This document shows positions 46,068-58,600 of a stretch of 64,000 nucleotides of DNA, piece after piece. The notes below the pieces were generated by a model. That model saw only the letters and a program-made list of their open reading frames with translations. It was not told the origin of the DNA and searched no databases. The translations under genes were made by a program, and so were the position numbers. Numbering within the stretch: the stretch's first letter is position 1; each line of letters opens with the position of its first letter. This DNA comes from Chrysemys picta bellii (lineage: Eukaryota): assembly GCF_011386835.1 (NCBI RefSeq), contig NC_088792.1, positions 289,478,001 to 289,542,000 on the forward strand, read 5' to 3'.

Positions 46068-46280
46068 GGCACACACAGGCCGGGGCACACACAGGCTGGA
46101 CCACACACAGGTTGGCACACGCAGGCTGGCACACACACAGGCCAGGGTACACACAGGCTGGCGCACACACAGGCTGGCGCACACGCAGGTTGGGGCACAG
46201 AGGCTGGCACACACACAGGCTGGCACACACGCAGGCCGGGGCACACACACAGGTTGGGGCACAGAGGCTGGCACACACCC
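46068..46280. repeat. Degenerate cacacacaggctgg tandem repeat
   Basis: About 12 imperfect 14-20-bp units. Confidence 0.8.
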
Positions 46281-47448
46281 AGGATGACTCAAACCAGTGC
46301 GGTTGGCCCTGTGCCCAGGGCGTGACAGTCCTGGCCACATAGAGGTGATACCAGGGTGCAGGGCTGGTGCCACCTCCCATCGGGGCTGCGCTGGGCAGGA
46401 GCTGTAAATCTGTCTGAGAGGCAGGCAGGGCCTTGCTTGGCCACACTCAGGGTCCCCTGCAGAGAGCAGCTGGAGGCCAGGCCCCCATCGGTCATTACCC
46501 TTTGTGCCATGGGTGCCCCCCCCACGTCCCATGGGCAGGTCTCTCCCAGGGAGACGCAGGCGGGGCCCAGAGACGCCCCTGAGCTGCTGAGGGCAGGCCC
46601 TGCCTCGCCATGCAGCCGACAAGCTCCTGCCTTTGCTCAGTGTCCCAGCAGTGCCTTGGGCCGGCTCCTGCCTGCTGTGCCAGGCTCCAAAGAGCTCCCA
46701 GGAGCTGTCTGGCCCAAATCTCCCCCCTGCCCCTCCGGGCTGAGCCACCCCCTCGGACAGGTGGAAGGTGCTTGTGGGCCCCTCGGGCAGACGTGCAATA
46801 TTATCACCACGTCTCCCGGCTGGGAGACTCCCCAGGGGACCCGCTCACCAGCCCCCTCCCCTCTCCCCTGCCTCCCCCGAACGCCGTCCCCTCCGTGATG
46901 CCCACACCCTCCGCACGTTTACGCCAGCGACGCCCACTGGGCAGCACTTGGCCATGCTGAACAGAAGAACCCCGAGTCCCTGGCCCGTCCACCCCGTGCT
47001 GTGTCCAACCAGCGCCCACAGAGCACAGTGCAAGGGGCTGCCCGTGGGCAATTCTGGGATACGTGGCCCCCGCCCGGGGCAGCGCCTGTCCAGCCCCCAG
47101 CAGCCAGTGACAGGCAGACACAGGTGGGCTCATCTCTCGTTTCCCACATCCTGCACAGCGTCCGCCTTCCGTGCACGTCCTCGTTCACCGCACCCGGCGG
47201 CTTTCGCTCCAGTGTCCGGGACGCCCCTCCTGCCCCGGTTCTCTGAGCTCAGCAGGGTTTGCAGCTCCCCCACTTTGGAGTCATGGGGCAAGGTCATTAG
47301 CATGGTGTTAACGAGGCGGCTCTATGCGTCCAGTTCCGTTCTCTGGAGCTGGGTGCGGATGCCCCCGTGACCAGGCAGGGTGGGGCTGGGCGCTTGTTCT
47401 GCAGCGTCGATTCCTCTTGTCTCTGAGCAGCTCCTGCCCTGCAGAGAA

Positions 47449-50400
47449 ATGTCTGGCCAGAAGAGGATGTGGCCGGACTGGCCTGACAGCGCCTGGGAGC
47501 CGGTGCCACCGAAAACTGCCCGGCTCTCCCCAGAGCCAGGGCCCAGCTGGAGGACGGATCCTTGCGCCATCCTCACTGACTTGGGAAAGCTCTGTGACCA
47601 CAGCCCCCAGCAACTCCTACCCTTCCTGCTGGACCACGACTACCAGCTGGAGCAGGTCGTGGAGAGCCCCGGCCTGAGCCCCGCCAGGGTGTATACGCTG
47701 CTGCGGGCCCTGAAGGTGGCGGTGGAGTGCGCTGGTGAGCCGGAGCAGGTCCAGCCGGTCCTGGCCCTGGCGCTGAGACCAGCTTTCGTGCTTAGGAGTC
47801 TGCTGGGTTTCATTGCCGAGCTGGAGAGCTTCCAGCACCAGGATGGGCAGATCTCCCAGGAGGTGATGGAGGACACGGTGGCTGCCCTGCACCATCTGCT
47901 GACGGCGTCCCCCGAGCAGACAAAGACCCTCCTCTGCTACCCTGTGGACCTTCTCTTCGCCACCGTCCAGAGACTCCAGAGCCGCGGCTTTCAGTTTACA
48001 TGGATCATCCAGAAACGGCTTCACGACACCAAGAGCCTGGTGGACTCGGCCTTCCCGCGGTGCAGTGCGCCCCTCGCCTCGCCAGCCTGCCGGGAGGATT
48101 TCCACGCCATCCCCATCTTCCCAACCCCGGAGGAGATATTTGTGGACCCTGGGCAGAAGCTGAAGCGCAACCTCCCCGTTGGGAAGTACGCGAGCGACGC
48201 GGCCTACCTGGACACGCACTTCCGCCTGCTGCGGGAGGATTTCGTCCGGCCCCTGAGGGCCGGGATCTCGGCTCACTTCTCCCTGCAGAACGTGTTCGGG
48301 GGCGCTGGGAAGCAGAGGGGGGCGCTGCGGCTCTATAGGAACGTGCAGCTGGTGAAGGTGGGCACCTCCCCAGCTGGTGCCATGTACATGGCCAGGTTCC
48401 AGGCCCCGCAGGGCTCCGCCCACGCCTCCTCCAAACGGCTGCTGAGCGGCTCCCTGACCTGCCTCATCTCCAGCGACTGTGGCCAGGTGTTGTTTGGGAC
48501 CGTGGTGGGGGGCAACAGGCCTCAGCTCCTGAAGGGGGCCGTGTGGTTGGACATTAAGGCAAACCACAGCGATCTCCTGACGAGGCACCTGGGGAAAACC
48601 AACTTCATCATGGTGGAGTCGCCGGCCTTCTTCGAGTCCTACCGGCACGTGCTGGAGGGGCTGCAGGAGCTGGACCCCGCCCGGGTGCCGTTCCAGAGCT
48701 ACGTCGTGCAGTGCCGCACCCCCGTCGCCCCACCCGCGCACTTCGGAGAGGACGTGACCTTTGACCTCTCTGTTCTGCAACCCACTGGGCGAGCGGACAA
48801 AGAGCCCATGGGGGACACATCTGAGGTAGGTCTGGGGTAGCGGGGGAGCCTGCCTTGCTCTCCCCTGGTCCTGCGGTCCCCCCAGAGCCAGGTGTGTGAT
48901 CTGAGTCCCGGAGCTCCGCTCCCACACTGGCACCGCAGCAAAGAGGGACTGAACTGGGCCTAGCGGGTGATCCGTCTCCTGTAGCAGATCCCACCCCCGT
49001 CCCTGTCCCGAATGGGCCAGCAGTGGCCCAAACGCAGCCCCTGCCGCTGCTCCAGTGGGACTGTTCGCGGGGCGGCGAGCCCCTGCCGCTGCTTGTGTTG
49101 CCATGGCTACCCTCCTATTTTGGTGCGTAGCTCGCTCAGAACTGGCACCTGAACCAGAATTACACCCCCCTCCCTTCCCCGCTCCAGTGTAGACGCACAC
49201 TCAGAAACACCTGCACATGTGGGAGTCCTTCCAGGAGAGGGCAGCAGCGCACGCGTCTCCACACCTGCACCATGGAGGGCTCCTAGGAGGCAGTTGAGAA
49301 CATGCCTGGCTCTTGGCTTTCAGGGGCACGTGACCGCGGTGGACCTGACGGCCGTGAGACCTTGCGACACCTATATGTGGTCTCCAGAGACATTTCCTCA
49401 CTTAGATGAGTCTCAGATCTTGGCCATTCGAATGGCCCTGACCAGGGAATTTGTGCTGATTCAGGGCCCACCTGGGACAGGTACGTGCTCTGCTTCCCTG
49501 CCCACCACTGCAATGGCTCTGGGCTGCCCTGCGGCTTGAGCGACCCCTGCTCCTCACCCTGCCTGCCAGGGCTGCACGATCGCCAGCGAACCTGGCCCCC
49601 AGGTGGGTTTTATCCTCCCTGGCCCAGCCGCAGGAGGGGCTGAGCCCACCCCAATGGGGCTTGTGCGCAAAGGAGACGCTCTCGCCCCTGCATTGCTGGA
49701 GATGCTGCCTTTGTGGTGTTAACAGCAGCCCCGAGAGCATCTTCGCTGGGCCTCCCCGCTGTAGCAGCAGGGCCTGTGACCTGGTCAGTGACCGAATTGT
49801 TCCTGGGCCCTGCCCCACCAGTCACCTCGGGCCGTTTCCTTCCAGGCAAAACCTTCATTGGGCTGCAGATCGTGGAGATCCTGTTGAGGAATCAGTCTCA
49901 GTGGTGGAAGGACCAGAGACCCTTCCTGGTCGTCTGCTACACAAACCATGCTCTGGACCAATTTATGGAAGGTACCTGGGACTACCAGGCTCTTGGCATT
50001 TGCCCCCAGTCCCTGGGCTTCCAGGGAGCCTCACGCAGCCCGTTGGGACGCCCCTCGGCTGCCAGCCTCTGGCAAGGCAAGATTGCAGCTGTTCCCCCAG
50101 CAAACCCTGTCACAGCTGCACAGCTCAATACGGCCGTCCCTCTGCCCTGCCCTTGGAGCGGTCTGGCGCCGTCGTGGGCGCTGAGCTCTGGGTAGGGCTG
50201 GGCCCCGTCGCTGGCGCCGAGCTCCGGGTACCGCTGGCTGGAGCTGTATTATCAGCCTCACCAGGGAGGCCTGAGCACTGCCGGACATCTCACGTCAGCA
50301 CGATCGCTGCCTCTCCCTGCACAATGCACCATACAGTCCCCTGCTTCGAGCCCTGAGCAATCCCCCCTGTGCCTGTGGGACACGGGCTGGGCTGCGGCCA

Positions 50401-53400
50401 GGCTCCACCTCCAGCCCCCCACGGGGCTGACGTGACCTCCAGCGCTTGCGAGTGGTGGGAAGAGGTTCGCTGTCCTGCAGGGTTCACGTCCCGCATCGCT
50501 GCCCCATGAGTTCCCAGCTGAGCTGACTAGCAGCATCAGGCCAGGCCAGGGTCCGTGTGGTCAGTGCATCCAGCCCTGCCTCTTGCCCTCCATGCAGGGA
50601 TCCTGCAGTTCCAGCCCTCCGGCGTGGTGCGCATTGGGGGAAGGAGCAGAAGCGACAAGGTGGCAGCGTGCTCCTTGAGGAACCTTCGCCAACAGCAGCT
50701 GCCAGCGCTCCTGGGGGCCGCGGAGAAGCACCAGTATGGCTGGGTATGTAGCTAGAGCGTGGGCACGGGGCAGCGCTCACACTGCGGCCCCAGCAGTGCT
50801 CTGGGGGGAGCACCATTGCATGCCCCGGGGACAGCGGTGTGGGGGAGCGAGAGCCAGGTGATAGGGTGTGCTCTGGGGGCTGGGCGGGAGGGCCATAGCT
50901 GGGTGAGGCCCCACCCCCGGAGCACGGCTCTCCCTCCCCCGCCCTGCCCTGTGCCCCGAACCGGGAGGCTGCCCCATGCTCTGTTTCCCCCCCAGATGCG
51001 GAAGGCCTTGCAGAAGCAGAAGGAGAGCATCGCCTACCGCACCGCGGTGCTGGAGCTCCTCCGCCGAGGGATCCTCACGGACACAGAGCTGGCAGCGGAG
51101 ATCCGCGATGACAACCTGGATTGCTCCTGGGTGAGGAGAGGGTTGGGAGGACACAGAACCCAGCTGCCCCTTCCCCAGGGCCGGGCTCCCCTGGCCAAGC
51201 CCGGCCGGGGTGGGCGGCTGGGGCCCCGTCTCAGCGCATGCTGTGTCGGACCCTCCACAGAGAGCGGGGCGCTTCGACATGTGCGACTGGCTGAAGATCT
51301 ACCCCGTGGCGCAGGAGGAGAAGCCGTCCCAGGCTCAGGGCGGGGGCAGGAAGGCAGGTGAGTGGCTGGGCAAAGGGCCGGGCGCTGCCCCCGGCAGTGC
51401 AGAGCCCAGGCACACAGGGGCATAGCCGGCTAAGCTCATGAGCCCTCACACCTGCCTGAGCAGGGGAACCAGCCAGGGCTGCGGGAGGGGCAGCAACCTG
51501 CCCGCCAGGTTTTCAGGGGGCTGCTGCAGGCGGAGCAGCTGGTGATGGGGGGTGCAGGGGGCAGGACACCCCCGCTCTAATCCAGCATGAGCTGTGGGCC
51601 TTGAAGACCTGGGGTGGGAGGCCAGAGCCAGGCCCCAGGCCCCGAGGCCAGTCACAGGAGGGGAGAGCTGACCTGCTCTGCTGACGCTCCCCAGGGCAGC
51701 TCCTGTCTCTGAAGCGGTGGGGCAGGATTTGGCCATGAGCTCACAGGCCTGTGTCTGCCAGGCACAGTGGGGGCTCCATGGAGCTCCCACCCCGCTAGGG
51801 TGACCGGATGGGAGTGGGGGTGGGGGTCACAGGGACCTGTATAAGAAAAAGCCCCAAATATAGGGACATTGGGTCACCCTGCCCCCCCAGGCGCGGAGGA
51901 AGAGCTCTGGCCGTGCCACAGGGATGAGCGGGCCCTGGATGACGAGGACGATTTGGACCCTTCCGAGTGGCGGCGGAGCACAGTGGAGGAGAAGTTTGCT
52001 TACATCCTCCCCGCCGAGGGCAGGTAGAGTCTGGGGCCCTGGGCAGATGCCACGTGCCCGTTACTGGGCTCAGCACAGCGCCAGGGTGCGGGCACAGGCC
52101 CGGCAGCTCTGCCAGCCTCATGCCGCCCTGTGTCTGTGAGACGGGACAACACGGCCGGGCCTCAGTGGGGAGGGGAGGCTCTTTGGGAGCACAGGCATCA
52201 CTGCCCCTTCCTGCAGCCGTGGCAAAGCTCCGGCCCCCGCAGGGCCGGGACACAGGGCCAAGAAGCTGCAGCATTCACTGCTGTGCAGAGACCTCAGCTC
52301 TCTGCCCTGCGCCAGCACCACGGCCCCCCAGCTCCGGCCCCCGGCCGTCCTGCTCTGAAAGGGAGACGACGCTGCCACGGTCTCTGTATTGCCCCTGGGA
52401 ATGGCAGCTCCGGGGCATCCCACATCCCCCTGCCAGCCCCTGTCTGAGACCCGCCGAGGCAGGGCCCACGGCCATTGGAACGGGTGTGGGAGCTGCGGTC
52501 ACCCTGGCTGCGGCTGGTGCCCCATGGCCAAGGTTGGGGTTCACATGGAGCAGGGCCCACAGGCTGCAGCCCCCCAAGCCCTCCCCACGCTGTTCAGTCA
52601 CTGCCCAGTCTCTCCCGCAGCTCCTCACACCAAGGGATACGCAAATGCTTGGAGGAGGGTGACATCATGACCGACGAGGACGTCGCGAACGTGAGAGACG
52701 TCTGGGAGCTGCGGCTGAGGGATCGCTGGTGTCTCTACAGGTCTCCCCACCCCACCCCCAGGCAGCACCCTCCCTCCCCGAGCCCTCCAAACCACGGCAT
52801 GGTCCTGCCCGGACCCTTCACGAGCTCCCGGGGAGCCGGGACCTCTGGGAGAGGCGGGTGACGCACGCCAGCCTAGCCCAGCCCAGGTCGCCTGGGAGAT
52901 GAGGTTAATACGCAGGGCTGCCCTCGGGTCTGTGGAAGGAGCCCGAGCTCTGGGCACAGGCCGGTGGCTGGAGCCAATAACACAGCTCCAGCCAGTGCCG
53001 GGCCTGCTGCTTGGTGGGAGGGGGCCCCCGGGGAGCAGGGGCCAGGTCCTGACTCACTCTGCGGGGCCAGGCACGGCCTGTGAGTTGCACCCTGCCGCAC
53101 GCGGCTGGACAAGCCTGGCCGGAGCCGGCCCGAGCTGCACCCTCGCTCTGAGTCCTGCGGGAACGTGAGTCTGCCTGGCTGAGCCGGACGGCGCTCCGTG
53201 GAGCGGGCGGGGGGGTGCGTCACACACTGACCACTGGGCTACCAAACCCCCGGCCCCGGGAGTCACTGCGGGAGGGCTGGTCCTGGTTCCACCCCCTGCA
53301 CTCTGCACCCAGGAGATGGATGCTGGCCTACGAGCGTGAGCTGAAGGAGACGCTGGTGGAGAAGCTGAAGGAGTACGAGAAGAAGGCAGCCCAGCTAGCG

Positions 53401-55606
53401 GAGCTGACCTTCCAGGAGGACCTGTGGGTGCTGAAACGAAGCCGGGTCATTGGCATGACGACAACAGGTGAGAACGCTCGCAGCTGCCCCCCACCCTGCC
53501 CAACCGGAGACAGCCTCAGCCACGGACAGAGGTTCGCAGCCACGGAGCGTAAGGTCAGACGGGACCAGCAGATCGTCTGTTCTGCTTCCGTGTATCCCCA
53601 GCCATGCCCGCTCACTAAACCCAGCTCCCGGAAGGAGAGCAGGAGACCCGGCTGGCGTGTGCCACAGGCAGCAAACCCCGAGGGGCACCGGTGTCCGAGG
53701 CCCCCAGTGGCAGGGAAAGGAAGAAGTGAGACCCCCAGTAATCCTGGCAAGGGACCCACACGCTGCTGTTATTTTTCAAGTCGGGCTGGCCATACATTAC
53801 ACAATGCGTTGGGGGAGAGGGTCCCTAATTGTGCCTGGTTGTTGCAGTCTTACGAGAGGCAGGTACGTCATGAAAAATCACCCCAAAATGTGTTCATTTC
53901 TGCTCAGCCCCTCAGACAGGCCCAAACCAGGCAGCACCCGGCACCAGAATAAACCAGCAACATAATCCCTGCTCCAGAGAGCCTCCAGTCTAAACGGGGG
54001 GTCAGCAAGGGAGAGCCACGGCCTGACCCAGGAGGGGAGGGGGCAGGAAGGTCAGGCCTGGGGACAGCACAGGGGCTTGGCTGTTGGACGACAGGATAGG
54101 GTGGCCCAGTGCGGCCGTTATGTTCTTCTTGGGGGACTACTGGAGTGGCTTGGAGGTGGCAGCCATTCTACACCCTGGTGCTGGACGTGCGGAAGTGGCT
54201 GAAGGTTTCAATCCTCCTAGAGAAATTGCCCCTTGCGAAGGGATTTCAAGGCAGGGAGGGGGATGGTGGCTGAAGAACGCGACCCCTGCAAGGGGAACTG
54301 GGGGTTACTACTGCACTGACGGGGGCCGGGTCTGTGTGCACTGGAGGCCCCGGCAGGGCAGGTCTCCGCCTAGACCCAGCTTGTACGGGGTCTGTGGGCC
54401 AGACGCCAGAGCCAGCCGGGGAGCTGGGCCGTGCTGAGAGGGACAGAATTGGAGCGGCGCAGGCCAGTTTGTTCGAGTAAGAGAGTGCTTCGGCCAAGAG
54501 GCTCCGCCCTGCCCCATCTCCCCGGGGTGAGCACAAAGCAGACTGCCCGAGCTCTGCCTCGAAGGCGCGTCCCTCGGGAGGAGGCCCTGCCCTCGGACAG
54601 ACCGCCCCGCCCCTCACAAGCCTGTGCTGGCGGAGGGCCCCTGAGCTCCAGGAATGAGGCTCTCACACCGACATCAACAGGAGCTGGTCCAGGCCTGACC
54701 TCTGTTAACTGATTCCAGTGACTCCCCTGCTGCGGGGCAGACACACGCTTGGGACCACAGAAGGTGTGAAAAGCACAAAGCCCCATGGCCCCCCCTGTAA
54801 CGCCAGCCTTTTTCCAGTCATCCGGGACCTCCCCCGATCGCCAGGAGTTTTCAAAGCTACGGGAACTCCTCACTTAAAGTCGTCCCGGTTAACGTCGTTT
54901 CGTTGCTGACCAATTAGGGAACATGCTCGTTTAAAGTTGTACAATGCTCCTTTGGCAGCCGCCTGCTTTGCCCACTGCTTGCAGGAAGAGCAGCCCGTTG
55001 GCGCTAGCTGGTGGGGGCTTGGAACCAGGGTGGGCTGGCAGCCCCCCATCAGCTCCCCTAAGCTCCCTGTGCCGCAGCTGCCCCCACTGCCATGTGCTGC
55101 TCCTGCCCTCTGCCTTGGAGCTGTTCCCAGAGACTCCTGCTTGCTGTACAGAGGGAGGGCAGAAGTGGGGGGCTGTCCGGGTGTCCCCCTCCCCCCTGCT
55201 CCCTGCTTACCCCATTGCCATAGAGCAGGGGGGACACCCGGCAGGGTTCAGGACCGAGGGAGCTTCCAGGCAGCAGCTGCAGTCTCAGCAAGCTGATCTA
55301 ATTAACAAGGCAGCAAACTTAAAGGGGAAATGCGCCTCTCTCTCTCTCCCACACACCGTGTGTCTCTTCGTCTCTGTCTGTGATGCTCTCACCTCTCCCT
55401 CCATTCCTGCTGCCTTGTAGAGTGTGAGGCTACATTAACAACGTGTTAACCCTTGAGGGCTCAGCCGAGTGCTAGTTCATCATTTAGCAGTAAGGCATTC
55501 CCTGGGAAATATTCCACCCTCTTCTACCCTCTGACTTCACCGCCTCAACCAAGCTTCACAATCATCATTGCTGTGTACAGTATTCACTTGTTTGTTTAAA
55601 ACTTAT

Positions 55607-55654
<48 letters not shown>

Positions 55655-58600
55655 CAAAAGACATTATTTTTATATTATATATATAAAAAGTCTTTTGTCT
55701 GGTGAAAAAAATTTCCCTGGAACCTAACCCCCCCCCCCATTTACATTCATTCTTATGGGGAAATTGGATTCACGTAACCTCATTTTGCATAAAGTCGCAT
55801 TTTTCAGGAACAGAACTACAACGTTAAGTAAGGAGTTACTGTAATGGCCAATGGCTCTGCAATCACATCCACCAACTCCTTTAGCACTCTCGGATGCAGC
55901 GCATCCGGCCCCATGGACTTGTGCACGTCCAGCTTTTCTAAATAGTCCCGAACCACTTCTTTCTCCACAGAGGGCTGGTCATCTCCTCCCCATACTGTGC
56001 TGCCCAGTGCAGCAGTCTGGGGGCTGACCTTGTTCGTGAAGACAGAGGCAAAAAAATCATTGAGTACATTAGCTTTTTCCACATCCTCGGTCACTACGTT
56101 GCCTCCCTCATTCAGGAAGGGGCCCACACTTTCCTTGACCACCTTCTTGTTGCTAACATACCTGAAGAAACCCTTCTTGTTACTCTTAACATCTCTTGCT
56201 AGCTGCAACTCCAAGTGTGATTTGGCCTTCCTGATTTCACTCCTGCACGCCTGAGCAATATTTTTATACTCCTCCCTGGTCATTTGTCCAATCTTCCACT
56301 TCTTGTAAGCTTCTTTTTTGTGTTTAAGATCAGTAAGGATTTCACTGTTTAGCCAAGCTGGTCACCTGCCATATTTACTATTCTTTCTACACATCGGGAT
56401 GGTTTGTTCCTGCAACCGCAATAAGGATTCTTTAAAATACAGCCAGCTCTCCTGGACGCCTTTGCCCTTCATGTTATTCTCCCAGGGGATCCTGCCCATC
56501 TGTTCCCTGAGGGAGTCAAAGTCTGCTTTTCTGAAGTCCAGGGTCCGTATTCTGCTGCTCTCCTTTCTTCCTTGTGTCAGGATCCTGAACTCAACCATCT
56601 CATGGTCACTGCCTCCCAGGTTCTCATCCACGTTTGCTTCCCCTACTAATTCTTCCCTGTTTGTGAGCAGCAAGTCTAGAAGAGCTCTGCCCCTAGTTGG
56701 TTCCTCCAGCACTTGCACCAGGAAATTGTCCCCTACACTTTCCAAAAACTTCCTTCCTGGATTGTCTGTGCACCGCTGTATTGCTCTCCCAGCAGATATT
56801 GGGGTGATTCAAGTCCCCCTGAGAACCCGGCCCTGCGATCTAGTAACTTCTCTGGACATACTCCAGAGACTTGATTTTAACCTGCAGTTTGTTCCATCAT
56901 TGCTACAAGCCTGAACCAAGAACTTTGCCATTACTGTATGTAATTGATTCCATGTAACCAATTCTAGCTCTCATCTAGATCTTTTTCCTTTTATGAATAA
57001 ACCTTTAGATTTTAGATTCTAAAGGATTGGCAACAGAGTGATTTGTGGGTAAGATCTGACTGGTATATTGACCTGGGTCTGGGGTATTGGTTTTCATAAC
57101 CATTTGTCCCCATAAGGAGCAGTGCTGGTGGTGATACTGGGAAACTGGAGTGTCTAAGGGAATTGCTTGTGTGACTTCTGGTTAGCCAGTGGGGTGAGAC
57201 CAAAGTCCCCTCGGTCTGGCTGGTTTGGTTTGCCTTAGTTTGTAAAGGAACCCCAGCCTTGGCCTGTAACTGCCCTATTCTAAGCAATTTGTCCTGAATT
57301 GATACTCTCAGTAGTGTCTCTCCAGAGGCCACATCGTTACACCAGGGCACCCACCGGGCAGCGCATGTCCCTGCCACAGCAGGAATTCCCACCTGTGCCA
57401 CGCTGCCCTCTCCCCACGTGCTCACCCTGCTTGTTCGTTGCTCCTAGGGGCTGCCAAGTACCGAAAGCTCTTGCAGAAAATCCAGCCCCACACTGTGATT
57501 GTGGAAGAGGCAGCAGAGATCCTGGAAGCTCACGTTCTAACCTGCCTCACGCCGGCCTGCAAGCACCTCATCCTGATTGGAGATCACCAGCAGGTAAATG
57601 CAACAAAACCAGCCTCCCAAGCCCATCCTCCCTAGTGCACGTCCTGCTACATCTACCCCAGGCTTCCCTTGCTGCCCACAGGGACCACTCCTTTCCCCGG
57701 CACTCCTCCCAGGCACACTCCCCGTGGCACTGCTGAAATGGCACAGCCCTCTGTGAGGTAGGACATACGTCCCTTGGCAGGTCGGCCCGTTACAGGAGAT
57801 CGGTGGCTGGGAGGGGCCGAGGGCGGAGTTCGTGTGTTTGCTGAGCTATGAAAGGGGAACGGTGTGACGGCTGCTGCTTCCTTCGAGCTGATCCAGGAGC
57901 GCAGGAGATTAAAGCTCCGCAGCTCCCTTGTAGCTTTGCCCTTCTGCAACCTGGTCACCGATATCAAAATCCAGCCCCTTCCCAATGGCCGAGCGCTGCG
58001 TGTCCTGTGTGTGCAGCACCCAGACCTGGCTCCGTGTTTTCCAGCTGCGGCCCAAACCCGCCGATTACACCTTGGAGAAGAAGTATTTCCTCGGCATCTC
58101 CCTGTTCGAGCGCATGATAAATAATCAGATCCCCTATGTGCAGCTGCTCTATCAGGTGAGTGATGCTGTCCATGCCTCTGGGAGGGGCCTGGCTGCACCG
58201 ATGGCTCCCCACGCCCCTCCCTGTGGCAGGGGTACCTGCTCGCAGCCGCTGGTGACCCTCTCCGGTTGCTGGTGGGAAGGTTGTACAGTGACAACGTATC
58301 ATCCCCGTCTGCCTGCAGAGCCTCTGACAGCACTGGCCTGGTTACGAACGCAGACGGTCTCCGCAAGATCCTCACTCTGTGGCACAACTCTGGGGAGGGC
58401 AGACGGTGTCAGGGTGGGGAATAGCAGCGAGTAGCCGAACAGACACCAAGCCAGGACCCCACACGCACTGGGAGGCCTTGGGCTCCTCCCCGGGCAGTAT
58501 TGACAAAATATGTGTTTCACCAACGCAGCTGATGGGCGCAACGTGAACTATGGCCAGAATTTTCCATGTCCGGGGCCTGCTTGTGGGCACTGAAATAAGC

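Larger units (their letters stand above)
54806..56852 (-). mobile_element. Internal CR1 ORF2 fragment split by a Tigger-like insertion
   Basis: ORFs 56362-56745 and 55816-56283 contain [25 protein letters not shown] and [26 protein letters not shown]. The reading resumes left of the transposon at 54806-54859 ([17 protein letters not shown]). Confidence 0.92.

Noticed and set aside
31000-47400. WDR97 exons expected from mammalian synteny
   Set aside because: No WD40-like coding exons were seen on either strand; the region is repeats, VNTRs and regulatory-like sequence.
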